Assembly (NCBI RefSeq): GCF_009914755.1
Contig: NC_060926.1
DNA: 64,000 bases
Reading direction: 5' to 3' (one strand)
Source of the DNA: the human T2T-CHM13v2.0 reference genome, Homo sapiens
Position numbers and translations under genes: made by a program. Of this stretch, positions 41,641-54,070 are shown in pieces; the stretch's first letter is position 1; each line of letters opens with the position of its first letter. The notes under the pieces are model-generated. The model searched no databases, was not told where the DNA came from, and was given only the letters and a program-made list of their open reading frames with translations.

Positions 41641-43269
41641 GTCTCCTGAATTTTATCATTAGTGAACATGCTTCAGTGAGTGAAAAAACACTCTAAAATT
41701 CAAACTAAATTTTCCTTGCAATCTATCCTAACAATCGTCTGGGTCTTATTTTTAATAATCTGTCATAGAGAAACACCGGCCCCTTCTTTAACATTGAAAA
41801 AGGAAAGTGACATTTTGATCACTGTCAACAATTTAACAACCAATAACTATATACTGAGCAACTCTTCAGTCCATTCCTCCGGACACCATGGATGAAGAAT
41901 CCCATTACCAATGGAGAGAGCGGAAGCTGCTCTCTTAAACGCCCAAGCAGTGTCTCATGTCAGTTTGGGAATCAGAGCCACCCAGGAAAATTGTTAGTGG
42001 CTCTGTCTAATTAGCACTCCTGCCACCTGCAAACAAGTGGTACTAAAAAAAGGTGCTGAATTCTTGCCATTGAGAATGCCAAAAAAAGACACCACTGGTT
42101 TCATTCTGACTCTTAGAATCTAATATTTCACTGATTTGGCGGGCTGGGGGTGGTGGGAGGAGGGGGGAAGGAAATACACTTTCACTTTCACCCAAAGGAA
42201 ATGACTTAACAACAAGTCGTGTTTTAGAAACGATCATATGGTAATGAGTCCTCCAATCCAGCAATCCTCCCTCCCCTGACCTCCTGGCCCCTGCCTTCCC
42301 CTCTGCCTGGTCTAGGCTCCCTCTGCCTCCCACAGAAACTGCCTTGTCAGGTCCAGTCTTAGACCTTCCTCCTCCAGGAAGGCATCCTGACCAGCCTAGC
42401 TCTTAGGGAATCGTCCCCTTAACCCCACAACACTTGAGAGTCTCTTCCCCACAGGTGAGCACGAAGTTATATTTCTTGATAACAACTGCTGTTATCTTAA
42501 CCCTTGTCAAGAACAAGAGCCAAGTATTGTATTAGGAAACCTCGATCACTTTTTGGAAAATAGGCAGGGTAAAAATGATTGGCGTATAAGCCGCCTTATA
42601 CCTTCCCTGTCTTCCTGAGAGTCACCAGCACAGAGTTGAGCAACAAAGCAGGTTCTCAGTAAATGGTTGATTGCATGATTGGCAAATGCCTTTGTGACAC
42701 ATCACAGAGCACGGTGGCCATGGTGAAAATTTGGCAGCTGTGACTCCTTACTTCCTGCTTTAATCAACGTCATGGGATTGAAATGCTGGACACACAGTAG
42801 GTGCTAAATAGATTTTTATGGATTGATTAACCACTGGAGGGACTGTGCCTTATGTGGGATTTATTAATGCTTTTGATGCCAAATAGGGGTGGTTTTAATA
42901 GAGTATAATGTGTTTAAAAAAAAAAGAAAAGAAAAACCAGCAAACACAAAACCCCAACCAGGACAGAGGCTGGCAGCTGCTCTGTTTACACCCACCGTGC
43001 TCCTGGAAACAGATGTCCTGTCAAACCCGAAGGTTTCTGATGAGGCTTCCACTCTTCCGAGTGACCTGAGTGTTCAGTAATCAAAGGGACCTGTGCCCTT
43101 CTACATTAGTGCTCTCTGTTCTATGACTGATCTCCAGTTATGTGTCTGGGGTAAAGACTTTTGCTGATGAAGGCAAAAATCAGCATCTACTGTATCTACT
43201 CCAAGGGAAAAGCACTGGGCTAATGACAAAAGAAACTGCATTTGTGTGTTTGGTGGGGTAAAAAGAACA

Positions 43270-43480
43270 GAGGCTTTGGGACAATCAGGCTGAAATTCCA
43301 GCACTGTCACTTACTGTGTGATTGCAGGTTCTCATCTACCCTCTCTGGAACTCAGTTTTGGGGGCTGATAACACCAATTCCACAGGTTGCTGTGAGGATT
43401 AACAAGATATCATGGGTAGAGTTCTTGGTACAGTGCCTGACATATAGTAGCCACTGGGTAAAGGTCCTTTTGTTGTGGCT
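43270..43480 (+). mobile_element. MIR SINE
   Basis: GGCTTTGG...AATTCCAGCACTGTCACTTACT...CTCAGTTTT...GGTTGCTGTGAGGATTAA...CAGTGCCTGACATATAGTA. Confidence 0.75.
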
Positions 43481-46459
43481 ATTATCATAAACACAGACAA
43501 GGACAGAAGTCCACCTTGGCCACTGTGGGTTTATGTGGCACCCCAGGTGTTCCTGATGTGACTTCCTCTGGTTCCTCCTTGGGTGATGGTGGCCTTTCCA
43601 GTACAAGTCCTTGTCTGATTGACTGCACAGATAATGGTCTATGATCTGAGCGGGGAATGGATGTCCTGGAGTGTTCCAGTCCACTTCCCTATGCACTATG
43701 AGTCCGCTCCTTCACTACCCATCTGCTTGGAGTGTACACATTAGTCCTGATCCCAGTGCCCAGATTGGGGCTCAGGACAGGGAGGGTTGGCTTTTGGAGA
43801 ACACACCACCAAGTCAATCCTGTGTTTCATGGAGAAATCTTTGACCATGGTGTAAGAGGTTTCTGGGCACAACACACGAGTCCCATGAACCACACAGAGA
43901 GATCCATGCCAGTCATGGGGCCCATCCCATGGGCCACAGAGTAGAGCAAAGAATGACCCAAAAAAGATCCCAGACACCAGCAAGATCTACGTAGAGAGAG
44001 AGAGAGAGGAGACCCCTGACACAATGCAAATCCAGTTTATGTTGCCAAGACACTAGATGCGCTGGGACAGATCATGTGAACAACAGCACTCTGAAATGGA
44101 ACTCATATGCAGACCAGCGCAGACCCTTCATAAATGGCTGTGTCCACACTAAACAGCTCCCAGCAGGGCAGAGCATCAATGACGAGGAAGCCTTGGATAA
44201 AACGAGGATGGGTGAGGACAGGGTAGACAAGCCCACTGGGAGTCTAATTCACACAGCTTTTCTCATTCTCCCTGACAAGCTGGCTCCCCTGGTGAGCTGT
44301 TACCAAACTTCAGCCCTGAAGAGTTTGCGGTGCCCCAGAACCAGCGCCCTTCGCACCACCATGGCCCGAGTAGGTCCTCCTCTGGATAAGACCTCAGCAC
44401 AGCTCTCTTTTCTGATGCTGCCAGCAGGGAAATTGGGAGCATCCTTTCTCCTTCATCTGGAGAGGTAGCTGAATAAGGATTCTTGGAGTTCCTATTTTCT
44501 TCTTTCAACTGAGGATCATTCAAAATCATCTGTAAGACATTGTGAGTGCCTCACATTGCCAGATCTTAACCTATCCCAGACCCTGCAAACCTTGGCCACA
44601 TTTCTGTAGTGCCTACAGCTGTCACATAGGGCGCTACTCCAGAATACGGCTGGGTGGACTTCTGCATGTTCACAGTCAGTGCATCCATGGAGATTATCTC
44701 AGAGGACAGCTTCCTACAGCGTGGATGAACAGACACACGCCTGTGGCTTTGTTCTCCTTCTTTTTGCATTGGGTTGACCTGTGTATCAATTTGAAATCCC
44801 AAGAAATCCCTCTTTTTTCCATTTTGCTATCTAGTACTCTTCTATCACTTTTCATATACCATTTGAAGGACATAGTACTCAAACCAAAGCTATCGATCAC
44901 CTTCAGGTGTTGTCTGAGGACCCTTGGGGAGCTTTTCTCCCCCTCCCCCCCCACTCCTGCTCCCCTTTTCGGCACCTCTGTCACCCTCTCTTAAGGTCAC
45001 GCCAGTTTTCCTGGCTGTCGTCCTCATGAAGGGTGGCTTCCTCCCTGAAGTGCTCCGCTCTGTCCCCTCCCTTGAGTCCCGGGCTTCACACACACAAACT
45101 CTGTTGGATGTTTTTTCCAGGAAATGCAGTTATTCTGACACTAGTGGGCCATTTCCCCGGCGTCCTCATTCCATTTCTGACAGTGCTCCTGCTACCCTCA
45201 GTAGATTATTATTATTTATTATTTATCAGCCACGACACTGTACTCTGCTTCCTACAAAATATTAAAGAAGACACAATCCGTGCGCTGAGTTTACAGCCAA
45301 GGAGAGCAGAGGCCTGGATCAGACATCACAGGGGGGGAGCTGAGAAGAAAATATTTACCGGCTCAGTCCTCCTTGGCCCTGGTAGATGGAGGCAAGGACT
45401 GGCAAAGCCCTCCCCAGGCCAGCTCCTCCCAGCTGGGCCCCCACAGCCAGCTCCCCACACTACCTACAGCACCCCAACTCCAATTTCTAGCAAGGCCTCA
45501 GGCCTCAGGCCTTTACCCGGGGGAGCGGAGGGAGGGTGGAGGATGAGGATTGGGCCCTCAGGCCTTTACATTCAGACAGGGGTGGAGGAGGAGGGCAGGT
45601 ACAGATATTTCCTCTGAAACTCAAAACCAGGTAAAGGGGATGTAGGGGAGGAGGGAGAGGTCGGGGAATAAAAACCAGATTAGGAGAGCGGTCGGGGTGG
45701 AGAAGACTGTGCCCAGAGTGAAATATTCTAGCATAATGGAAAAGCCCTCATTGGGGGTCCCACACGCCTCTGGCCAAATCTCTTCTATTAGGGTTAGAAG
45801 TTAGGGTCTGTGTAGACAGCATGTGTAGACCGAGAGGTGGTGGGACTGAGAAGTCAGTGTAGACAGTGTGAGAGAGAGCGAGCTGTGGTGGGGGTGAGTA
45901 GTCGGTATAGACATCAAAGGCTGGTCAGGCTGTTAAACAGAGAAGGCTTCCTGGATTCCTAAGGGTCAGTATGAACAGAAAAGTCGCGCGCCCCAGGAGA
46001 GGCAGGGCTGACTCAGAAGGCTGGTGGACACTTTGCAGGGCTCTCCCTGGTCCTTCAGAGGTGTGGACAATTCCTGCTCCTTTCCAAGGCTGGAGTGTCA
46101 TAAAGAGGGCGGAAGCTGAAAGACGATTGGACTTTTTCCTTCTCAAACTTTTCCGCCAGTTTCCTCAGGTGTTGAGAGCAGACGGGGAGCTCGCCTCAGT
46201 CCCGGGCCCCCAACCCTGGGCCAGCAAGGCCAGGAGGCCACGGCGGAGCAGCCCGTGCCACGCGCCGTGCGTCTGCCGGGCGCGGCCGCGGAGCCAGGCG
46301 AGCCGGGGGCCACCGCGGGGGGCGGGGGCGGCGGACGGACGGACCGACGGACACACCCGCGAGCACTCCAACCTCGGACCCGGCGCGCGGCAGCCGGGAA
46401 TCCCTCGGGCCGGGGAAACTGCGCACGGGGCCCGGCCGGGCCGGGCCGGGCCAGAGGGC

Positions 46460-46561
46460 CCCGCCTCCCCCACCCGCCACCCCCGCCCACTCGGGCGCCC
46501 GTGATTGGCTCCGCCCGCCCCTGGCTGCGCGCCGAAGCCCGCCTCCCTCGCAGCTAAAGCA
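46460..46561 (+). promoter_or_regulatory. TATA-less core promoter: GC boxes and inverted CCAAT box
   Basis: CCCCGCCC (~46481), GATTGGC (46503-46509) and CCGCCC (46511-46520) clustered about 40-80 bp upstream of the inferred start. Confidence 0.65.
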
Positions 46562-47163
46562 GACGGTACCCGGAGCGGAGCGAGCCAGAAGGGAGCATGG
46601 TCCCCGCGCCGCGGCCGCGCCAGCCCCCGCGCCGCCGCCGCCGTCCCCGCCACCGCGGATCTCGCCGCAGCTCCAGCCCCGGCCCCGGCTCCGCAGCGCC
46701 CGTCCGCAGCCCCGGCGGTCGCCGCGCTTGAGCGCAGCCCCCGCCCGGAGCCCGAGCCGCGAGCCCGGAGCCAGCCCCAGCCCCGCGGCCGCCGCGGCTG
46801 CGGGGAGAGGGCGGGGGCGATGCTGCCGGAGCCGCCGCCGCCGCCGCCGCCTCGATGAGAGCCGCGCCGCACCGCTCATAGCCGCACAGGCTGACAGGCA
46901 GGAGGACCGACTTCCCTCTCCCGGGCATCCTCCCTGGGCTGCCGGGAGGCGGCGGCGGCGGAGGAGGAGGAGGAACGAGGGGAGAAGGCGGAGAGCAGGA
47001 ACGCGAGGAGGAGGACCTGGATCCGTTTCCTCCGGCCAGGACCCGAGCGGCCCCAGCCACCGCTACCCGCCGGCGCTGTCCGCTCTCCATCAGCCCTCCT
47101 GCGCCCACCCGCGACCCCGGGCTCTCTGCGCGTCGGGCCGGGGCCGGAGCCGCGCGGCCGGAG
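46562..47163 (+). other. KLHL29: Non-coding first exon (5' UTR) of a + strand gene, probably KLHL29
   Basis: Ends at consensus donor GAG|GTAAGA (47163/47164). GC-rich leader with only short uORFs. Gene name and start position are recalled from the KLHL29 mRNA leader, not searched. No coding exon lies in the window. Confidence 0.6.
46831..46851 (+). repeat. (GCC)7 in the 5' UTR; (GGC)n(GGA)n run nearby at ~46948-46974
   Basis: Read directly. Confidence 0.95.
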
Positions 47164-48885
47164 GTAAGAGCCGGGCCGGGCTGGAGCGCCTCGGATGCGG
47201 CGCCGGAGGGAGACCCAGGTCCTGGCCGCCGCGTGGGGCCGGGCCGGGCCGGGCGTGGGAGCGGGGCCGGAACCCGGAACCCTGGGCTCGGCTTCGGCGG
47301 CGGCGGCGGCGACAGGAGCCTCCCGCGTCTGGACTCGCAGGCTGCAGGAGCCCTTGCGCCTGCGCTGCTCCAGGGGGAAAAAAAGGGGGGGAAAAAACTT
47401 CCTGCCCCCGGGTGTGTATGCACCGGGGCTGCCTGGGGCCACTGTCACGGTGTTCGGAGGTGCTGGAGGCGAGTGTGACCCCTGGCCGGAGCAGCCCCCC
47501 TGCTGGGCCCGGCGGCGCGCGCCCCTCTCCAGGCCACGTTCCCCTGAGCGGCCCAGAGCCCCGGCCGGGCAGGAGACCTGGAGGCGACGGAGGGCTGGCC
47601 CCCAGGGGCGGCCGCGCGCACTGTCCTTTGGGGAGGTGCGCGCCTCTGTGCAGCGAGAAGCCAGGTTGGGGTTTTCTGCCCCTCGCGTCCTCTGATCTCG
47701 CATTTGGGGACTGGGTCTCTTTACTCAATCCCAAGTAACTTTCGAGGTAGATGAGCTCGAAAACCGTCGGGAGGGAACCCGCACAGACCTTATTGTGACC
47801 CACCCCACCCCGACACACACACGCACACTTCCCTTGACACCTTGTGGGTGCCAGCGTGTTGTGGGGGGACGCGGAAAGGAGAGCTCACGGGGACGGCGAA
47901 GCGGCCAGGAGGTGGTGTCGTTGGGGAGGGGTTGTTGATGTGTGGGACAGGGTGGACCTGGAGATGTGTAGTGTGGGAGTGTGAACGCGCGCCCCGATGG
48001 CCTCGGGGGGCCGGGGGAGCCCAGGGCTCGCGTCCCGGTCTCCGTGGCCTGGAGCGGGCTGAGAGCGCTAGGGTTATCTGCGGTCGCCGCGCGGGTGCCC
48101 GCGCTGGGCAGCGTCGGCCCCGGGCCCCAAGGGAGGGACGTGCTCGCCTGGGGCCGGAGCGCGGGGCTGGGAGCCGGGGTAGGTCGGAGGTGGCTCTTAG
48201 GGCAGGTCGCCTCTGCGTTGCCTGGGGAAGGCGGGGACGCGCTGCCTGCCTGCGGCCAGCCGTCTCGGAGGAGGGGGTGGCGGCCACGCGCGAGTCTCGG
48301 ATGCCTGGGTCCACCCGCTGAGAAGCCAGTTGTCGTCCCTGGGCTGTGGAACCAAGCGGCAGACGCGGTCCGTTGGCGGGCCCTCGCGCGGGCCCCCAGA
48401 GATGCTGATGGGTAAGGAGCTGCCGCCGCCGCCGCTGCCATCCCCGCCGCTCTGCAAACGTTCTCCTCCCTCCCTCCCGTGCTTGCGCCGCGGCGCGCCC
48501 CGGGCGAATCGTGGACGCAGGTATTTATGTAGCATTAGGCGAGACCTCGGCGCTGGAGGGACCAGACCGTGGAGGACGCCGAGCTGCTGCTGCCTGCGAA
48601 ACTTCCACTTCGGCAGCTCAGCGGCATCCCGGCCCGCTGCTGCAGGTTCCAGCCTCTCTCCAGTCCAGCAACGCTGGGATTCGGACTCCTCTTGCAATGA
48701 CAGATCTGTCCTGGTTACGGCTGTATTTATACTAGTTTCAGTCTCTTTAAAGTCATCTGTCTAGTCACTACAGAGTTTCTTCCTCGCCGTGTGGTCTTAT
48801 CACTAACTCAGCCCTGGGAGGGCAGATTTGAGGAATTGCTTCATTTTCAGATGAATGACAGCAGACTTGTCCCACCTCATTCCTG

Positions 48886-48887
<2 letters not shown>

Positions 48888-48923
<36 letters not shown>
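48888..48923. repeat. (TTA)12 microsatellite
   Basis: Read directly. Confidence 0.95.
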
Positions 48924-48924
<1 letters not shown>

Positions 48925-50974
48925 GGAAAGAAGGTATAGAGCTTTTTAATTTTTTTGTGAGGGAGGAGAATGAACAATTTTATAGATTGTTCTTTCCGAC
49001 ACTTAGAGAAAACATGTCCAGTAAGCACTAGTGAATACTTTAAAGGCTGGTTGGCATGCGTGTATTTGATTAGTCCATAATCTAGGTGTTTATACAGGTA
49101 TGGAGCTGTGTGCTACTGATGAATAGTCTCCGTCCCATACATTGTGCTGGAGTGCACTTGATTTATCACCCTGCTATAAATCAGGGAATTACTAGCACAT
49201 GTGCCTTTTAAACTCTATATGAATTTAATGGCATTTAAATTGGTTTATGGGCTGATGCATCTAACCAATTTTAATAACTTTTCTGCACAAACATCTTATA
49301 AACCATATTTGCCTGTGATTAAGAAAAACATTTTCTTCTCCTCAGTCTCTCGGTTATGGAAATTTATAGGTCTCCAACTTTCATTTGCAAGCAGCAATCC
49401 AAACGAAATACCTAGAGTTTTACTGAAATAAAATATCCTATGGTAGCCATGGTAACAAATAGATTAAGGGTTATTGGTTTTCATCTGAATGTGATGGGGG
49501 GTGGGGATCTAGTGTTGTGTCTTTTTAATTATGTTTCTAATGAGTGGTGGTCATACTTCAAGTACTCAGTGTGGGAGACAAGCAAGACTGAGAATTCAGG
49601 TTTGTGGGAGGTTTATTGAAACAAAGACTAGTAGAGCCCAGGAGAATGACTTTTGCTAACTGCAGCTCCTCATATCTAGGAACAAAATGGATAAAAACCT
49701 TTTTTTTGTTTTTCCAGTAGATGAGCATTGAGTCAGTCACTTTAAGACCGGAAAATGCATTTTGCTTATAAACTATTACCAAAGGAACCTCTAAATCCAG
49801 CCTGTTTTCTAGGAATAAACATGTTGGAAGTGTGGCGGTTGGTGTGGATTGAGTGTCACCGTTGTTATCAACACCTGTCAGTTTAAGTGAGGCACATCAT
49901 TAGTCTATTCAAATCTTGCCTATTTCAGTATTCATGCATTTCCATGGTGATCCATTCATTTTTATTTAGTCAACCTTATAAATCTTTGGCATCAATTTTA
50001 GTTGTGCCATCTTTTTCCTTCTTTTATCAATTGATTTGGCTACAAACCATTCCTAGTTTAAAGTATCTCCTTCTTTTTTCCTGCTAGTTTCTAAAAGCCT
50101 ACACTATTCCCAGCTACATACAGATATAAAGGAGTTAATTTTTTTTCATCAACTCAAATGGCACCCCTAATACTAATGTCATTTTTTGGCATCTCATTTG
50201 ATATGTATGTGTACATGGGTTTTTTTTTTCTTTCTTTCAGCAGGCTTACTGTAAAGCTTTCTCACTTTTTGGCTGGGAGACATCAATTCAGTCCAGCAGA
50301 ACTAACTAAAGTTTTTCCTTCCTTCCTCCTTTTTGCTTCCTTCCTTTTTTTCTTTCTTTCTTCTTCTTTTTTTTTTTTTTTTTTTTAAATCCCAGTACTG
50401 TTATGGCTTAGGCATTCTTTGTGTCATCGGTTGTATCTGGCTTGGAGAGACTTCGAGACTATATTAGAGCAGGTCTGTCCTGGGGTCTTTTCTAGTAGTG
50501 GTCAAAGCCAGAAGTTTTCAGAACAGCAGAGGATTTTCCAAATACAATATATATTTAGTCACAGCATATAGTGCCCCTAGGATCATAGTAACATTGTAAG
50601 TCCACTGAACAGGCAGTTTTACTTAAATGCGAGTGATGATTTTGCTCACCCACTTTCAACTTAGCTTTCTAATGATGCAATCCCATGCTAATCACAACCC
50701 TGTATATTTCAGAAATATCAAGGCAAGCATTAGCACGCTACTGACTTATTAGGATCAGGCAAAGTAATTGGAACACTTAAGTTCAAAGTCAGATGAAGAA
50801 ATGGAATTATAACCAACTTTGTGATTCTGTAATCAGTCAACTAAGTGCCTACTTGGGGATAGGAGGAGGAAGAAACATCATGAATAAGAAATCCAGCCTT
50901 TAGTTGTGCTGAATGAGGATAAACCAAGGCAGTTACTGTGTAAGAGGACTGGAGAACAAGAAATGTGTTAGTGG

Positions 50975-51074
50975 ATGGGAGGACTGCTGGAGCCCAGGAA
51001 GTTGAGGCTGCAGTGAACAGTGATCACGCCACTGTACTGGGCAACAGAGCAAGACCTAGTCTCAGAAAAAAAAA
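50975..51074 (+). mobile_element. Old Alu right-arm fragment
   Basis: GGGAGGACTGCTGGAGCCCAGGAAGTTGAGGCTGCAGTGA...GTCTCAG plus A tail. Confidence 0.8.
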
Positions 51075-51984
51075 AGGGGGGGGCGGAATATATGTTTAAA
51101 CAGATAAATCATATGTTTCCCAGGCCTGTCTTAGCATCTTTCACTGTGCTAGACACATATCCACGCAAATGTCTGGAAGCTGGTAGAATATCTGTAGTTT
51201 GTGTAGAAGATAGTCAGTTTTTATTTCTTAAGTAATCTGGGGTCATCGCCTGATGTGCTAAAAAATTAGGTAGCATAATTCCTGGAATGTACTTTTGTCT
51301 GAAGTAAATTTTACCATAGAAAATGGTCTTAATTTTGGTTAACAAGGAAAGATGTATCCAAATTCTTTACCTGCACCTTAGATCAAAAATGCTGAGATCA
51401 GGACCACCCTGAAAGCAAACTCTGTGGTTCTTCCTACAACCGCCACAGGCTTACTTCTCCCACAGTAAATGCAGCCTGTACTTTCTTCAAGGAAACCACT
51501 TGAAAACAGGAAAACTGAAACTGCCAATTAAGATGAGGCAAGTTGATCACTGGAAGTAGCAACAGAGTTCTTTGTGAAATCAATTTTATCGTTTGGGAGC
51601 ATTTCCACCTTTAGGGTAGAAAGGAGAAGAGTTCTCATTTTCTGTGCGAGAGGGTATCTGCATGAAATTCAAGTAGTTCAGAGACTCTCGACTGTGCAGC
51701 TGCAAATGATGACTCACAAGCTGGAACAAGAACGGCGAGCATGGTTGTAACGGCCGGGGATCTAGCGTGCGCAAAGACGACAGCCGCTAGGCCATTTACA
51801 GGCTGCCATTGGCCTCACAGGTGTCTATTGTTATGATTTGTAGGTTTTTGACATTTTAAAATCACTGATCATTTTAAGGATATATGTATGTGTATATATA
51901 TATTTGTAAACAGATAATCACACATGTATATACACATACATATATATAGTTATATATACACAAATATATGTTCTGTCACTTTGT

Positions 51985-52800
<816 letters not shown>

Positions 52801-52807
52801 TTTTGAT

Positions 52808-53115
52808 GTTTTCTTTGTTTTGAGACGGGGTTTTGATCTTGTTGCCCAGGCTGGAGTGCAATGGTGCAGTCTTGGCTCACTGCCACCTCTGCCTCCCGCG
52901 TTCAAGGGTTCAAGCAATTATCCTGCCTCAGCCTCCTGAGTAGCTGGGATTACAGGCACGTGCCACTATACCCGGCTGATTTTGTATTTTTAGTGGAGAT
53001 GGGGTTTCTCCATGTTGGTCAGGCTGGTCTCGAACTCCCAACCTCAGGTAATTCGCCTGTCTCTGCCTCCCAAAGTTCACTCTGGGATTATAGGCATTAG
53101 CCACCGCGCCCAGCC
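52808..53115 (-). mobile_element. AluS (Sp/Sq-like) SINE
   Basis: Alu reverse complement with TTTCTCCATGTTGGTCAGG. CTATTTTGA on both sides. Confidence 0.9.
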
Positions 53116-53334
53116 CTATTTTGACTTTTAACACTAACAAATTATGTAAGTTTTCAATTGAAGAGACTTGGTGAGAATGCAGTCACACAGAATACTGTCC
53201 AATAAAGAATGCAGTAGATGTTACTGACATTTGTTCTTCCTTTTCTGTGTATGCATTTCCTCCCGAGTGTCTCTGATCTCATGCTTTCCTTGGGGGCTTG
53301 TCCTAGTTGCAGTGATACTGCAGAGGGATTAGAA

Positions 53335-54070
53335 ACATGGGCTTCCTGTCCACGTTGAAGTCCCGTCTCCAGTGCTTCCTAGCTGTGTGACCTTGGAAAG
53401 ATCCTTAATCTCACCCAGCCTCAGTTTTCTTTTATGAAATTGGAAGAAGCAGTAGTGGCTATCTAGGGTGGTTGTGAGGGTGAAAACAGATAACCTCCAT
53501 AAACCCACATTACAGTGGCCTGGGGAAGTGCTCTGCAAAGGGGGCTTAGGAAAAGTAGCTGTGGAAGAAGAGACAGCAGCAACCCCTAGAGATCTCAGAA
53601 ACTGTAGATGCCAATCCTGTTCAATTTCAATCATAAATGTTTTAGTCATACACCAGGGCATGTATATATATTATGTTCTGTAAGTCTCACTATCAGTACT
53701 TATTCTGAAAAGCATAAGACATTTGCATCACAATTCCAATAGTTAAAAATACTCTTGAGTTGATTTGATGTGTGAACTTTTAATTCCATCTTTAGTATCA
53801 TAATTTTAGAGTTGATGTGGATTTTTGAGGTCAGCTAATCTACCTATTATTCAATCACCAAACCTTTATTAAGCCCCAATAATATAATAATAATAGCTTC
53901 CAGTTATGGCTGCTCACTATATCCGAGTACTTTACATATATTATCTCTAATCCTCATATCAATGCTTCGAGGTAGGGATTATCCACATTTTACAAATGAA
54001 GATGAGGCTCAGTGGTAATCAACTGGCCCAAGGCCACAAACCTAGCCACGTTGTTCAGCTGGGTTTGAAC
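53335..54070. mobile_element. Two MIR fragments (plus ~53335-53500, minus ~53885-54070)
   Basis: CTAGCTGTGTGACCTTGG...CCTCAGTTTTCT and CACATTTTACAAATGAAG...GAGGCTCAG...CCCAAGGCCACA core motifs. Confidence 0.7.

Larger units (their letters stand above)
45980..48790. promoter_or_regulatory. CpG island spanning the promoter, first exon and start of intron 1
   Basis: Very high GC and unsuppressed CpG over ~2.8 kb, with sharp borders against CpG-poor flanks. Confidence 0.97.

Noticed and set aside
43490-43990. Possible LTR/ERV-like segment
   Set aside because: Composition is suggestive, but I could not recognise termini, a TSD or a family.
45971-48764. Many long overlapping ORFs (up to 336 aa) on both strands of the CpG island
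   Set aside because: Expected from stop-codon scarcity in very GC-rich DNA. Low-complexity Arg/Pro/Gly/Ala, no recognisable domain, and several cross the splice donor.
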